From Acidimicrobiales bacterium (GTDB lineage: Bacteria > Actinomycetota > Acidimicrobiia > Acidimicrobiales > SZUA-35), in the NCBI GenBank assembly GCA_020628065.1, contig JAHDFR010000004.1:10179-46399 (forward strand): 36,221 nt of DNA. The letters run 5' to 3'. The notes beneath the pieces are model-generated. The model searched no databases, was not told the DNA's origin, and saw only the letters and a list, made by a program, of their open reading frames with translations. Made by a program: the position numbers and the translations under genes. Of the stretch, positions 34,781 to 36,221 are shown in pieces; the first letter of the stretch is position 1, and each line of letters opens with the position of its first letter.

Positions 34781-35803
34781 GTGCCCACATCCCAGCGCGA
34801 ACCGGCGTCGGGCGATCAGCCGGATGGCAACCGACCGAAGCGTCGGGCCGGCCGGATTGTGGCCGGACTGATAGCCTGGCCGATCCTGGTCGGTGTTGCC
34901 TTGGTCCTGTACCTGCGAACCCAACCGGTCAGCGACCCGTTGACCATCGCCGTGGTGGGAGTCACTCCGCTTGCAGGTCTCCCACTCGTCATCGCCGTCC
35001 TCCTGTCGGCCACCACCAGAAGCCTCACTCTCAAGGCCGCCGCCGCTGTCGTTTCGGCCGCGTTCCTGATTATCATCGCCCCGTTCGACGCTGTTGTCGG
35101 CTGCCGTAATGACCTTGCCACAGCGGCGGAAGAGGGACCGTCGGTTACCGTGCTCACAGCCAACGTGCTGGTCGGCGGGGCCACACCGGACGAGTTTGTT
35201 TCCACCGTGACCGAGGTCGATCCTGACATTGTCGTCATGCAGGAGTTGCGCGGTGATTTCCTCGACCCACTACGGGTTGACGACCGGATGTCCCACTATG
35301 AGTGGCGTACCGAGGACTGGCCTGGAACCGAGCGGGGAACCGTGGTTTGGAGCCGCTGGCCCATCACCGCCGTCGAGCCGGAACCGAATGCCGTGGGCTC
35401 CACCGTCCAAGCCACGGTCGAAAGCCCCCTGGGCGAACTCCATGTGCTGGGCGTTCATTTGACCGCTCCGGCTATCGCCGCCAACGTCGAACCTTGGCAC
35501 GAGGACTTTGCCGGGCTGGCCGAACAGCCCACAGACCGGCCGACCATCATCGCCGGAGACTTTAACGCCACCGAGGACCATCTTCACTTCAGACAACTCT
35601 TGGACAGGGGCTGGACCGATGCCCACGACAACAAAGGCTGCGGGCTTGACGCCACCTGGCCCAGCGGAGGTCTGCCCACCGCGGTGATGAGGCTTGACCA
35701 CATCTTGATCAGCGACACGCTCACCACCAAGGCGCTGGCCGTGTTGCCGTCAGGTGGCAGCGATCACCACCCGGTTGTGGCCGTCATCGGACCGGCCGAG
35801 TAG
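34781..35803 (+). CDS. Membrane-anchored endonuclease/exonuclease/phosphatase family protein
   Basis: Three N-terminal TM helices; TANV, DIVVMQE, SRWP, GDFNAT, LDHIL, GSDHHPV. Confidence 0.88.
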   Translation: MPTSQREPASGDQPDGNRPKRRAGRIVAGLIAWPILVGVALVLYLRTQPVSDPLTIAVVGVTPLAGLPLVIAVLLSATTRSLTLKAAAAVVSAAFLIIIAPFDAVVGCRNDLATAAEEGPSVTVLTANVLVGGATPDEFVSTVTEVDPDIVVMQELRGDFLDPLRVDDRMSHYEWRTEDWPGTERGTVVWSRWPITAVEPEPNAVGSTVQATVESPLGELHVLGVHLTAPAIAANVEPWHEDFAGLAEQPTDRPTIIAGDFNATEDHLHFRQLLDRGWTDAHDNKGCGLDATWPSGGLPTAVMRLDHILISDTLTTKALAVLPSGGSDHHPVVAVIGPAE

Positions 35804-35812
35804 CTCGCCTCG

Positions 35813-36220
35813 CTAGTAGTCCTCGTCTGCCGGTTTGTCGTGGACGGCTCTGGCGGCCGATCGATCGGCCACCACCACCGAGTGGGGCGGATGAACAAGG
35901 CCCGCCGGAATACTCATGTCGCCGTCCAGCAGGCGGCCGAGCATCGGCCCCTTGCCTGCCCCGCTGACCAGCCAGAGGATCATCCGGGAACGATCGAGCA
36001 CCGGTCGGGTAAGTGTTAGTCTTCGAGTGGTCGATCCACCGGACGCATAGGGCTCGGTTAAGGCAACATAGCGACGAAGCTCCCCTACCACCGGGTCCCC
36101 GGGAACCAACGAGGCGGTGTGACCATCGGATCCAAGTCCGAGGTGGATCAGGTCAAACACCGGCGGGTCGCCTGCAACCTCGGTCAAACGCTGCAGGTAG
36201 TCAGCCAACCGGCCGTCAAC
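35813..36220 (-). CDS. pgl: 6-phosphogluconolactonase (5' end outside the window)
   Basis: FDLIHLGLGSDGHTASLVPG, RLTLT.P.L, VSGAGK. Confidence 0.8.
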   Translation of the reverse strand, partial: VDGRLADYLQRLTEVAGDPPVFDLIHLGLGSDGHTASLVPGDPVVGELRRYVALTEPYASGGSTTRRLTLTRPVLDRSRMILWLVSGAGKGPMLGRLLDGDMSIPAGLVHPPHSVVVADRSAARAVHDKPADEDY

Positions 36221-36221
36221 C

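Overview
GC-rich core-chromosome segment from an actinobacterium, probably class Acidimicrobiia. The lineage is inferred from actinobacterial-type SOS boxes, DapD and lexA-LysM-nrdR-nrdJ / hflX-dapF-miaA-miaB synteny. It holds about 35 CDSs: ATP-dependent DNA ligase; a ychF-DUF192-rsmI-hslR-molybdoenzyme run; a PHP protein; phosphohexomutase; an EAL protein; a PfkB kinase; class II ribonucleotide reductase nrdJ; a RibD-C/DHFR-like reductase; nrdR; a LysM protein; lexA; dapD/dapC/dapF; hflX; a fused polysaccharide deacetylase-GT2; miaA/miaB; an MsrP-like enzyme with cytochrome b; an EEP protein; and partial pgl. I found no rRNA, tRNA, CRISPR array or mobile element. The least explained stretch is the ~975-bp non-coding region before nrdJ. 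It has a sigma-A-type promoter with two NrdR boxes, a predicted ~460-nt 5' leader with a long closing helix and crossing 8-bp pairings (candidate undescribed structured RNA), and DnaA-box-like repeats. Also notable: pervasive leaderless promoters, a leaderless micro-ORF coupled to a hypothetical gene, four SOS boxes, and a pseudo-APH lacking its N-lobe coupled to miaA. All RNA pairings were read by eye and need computational checking.
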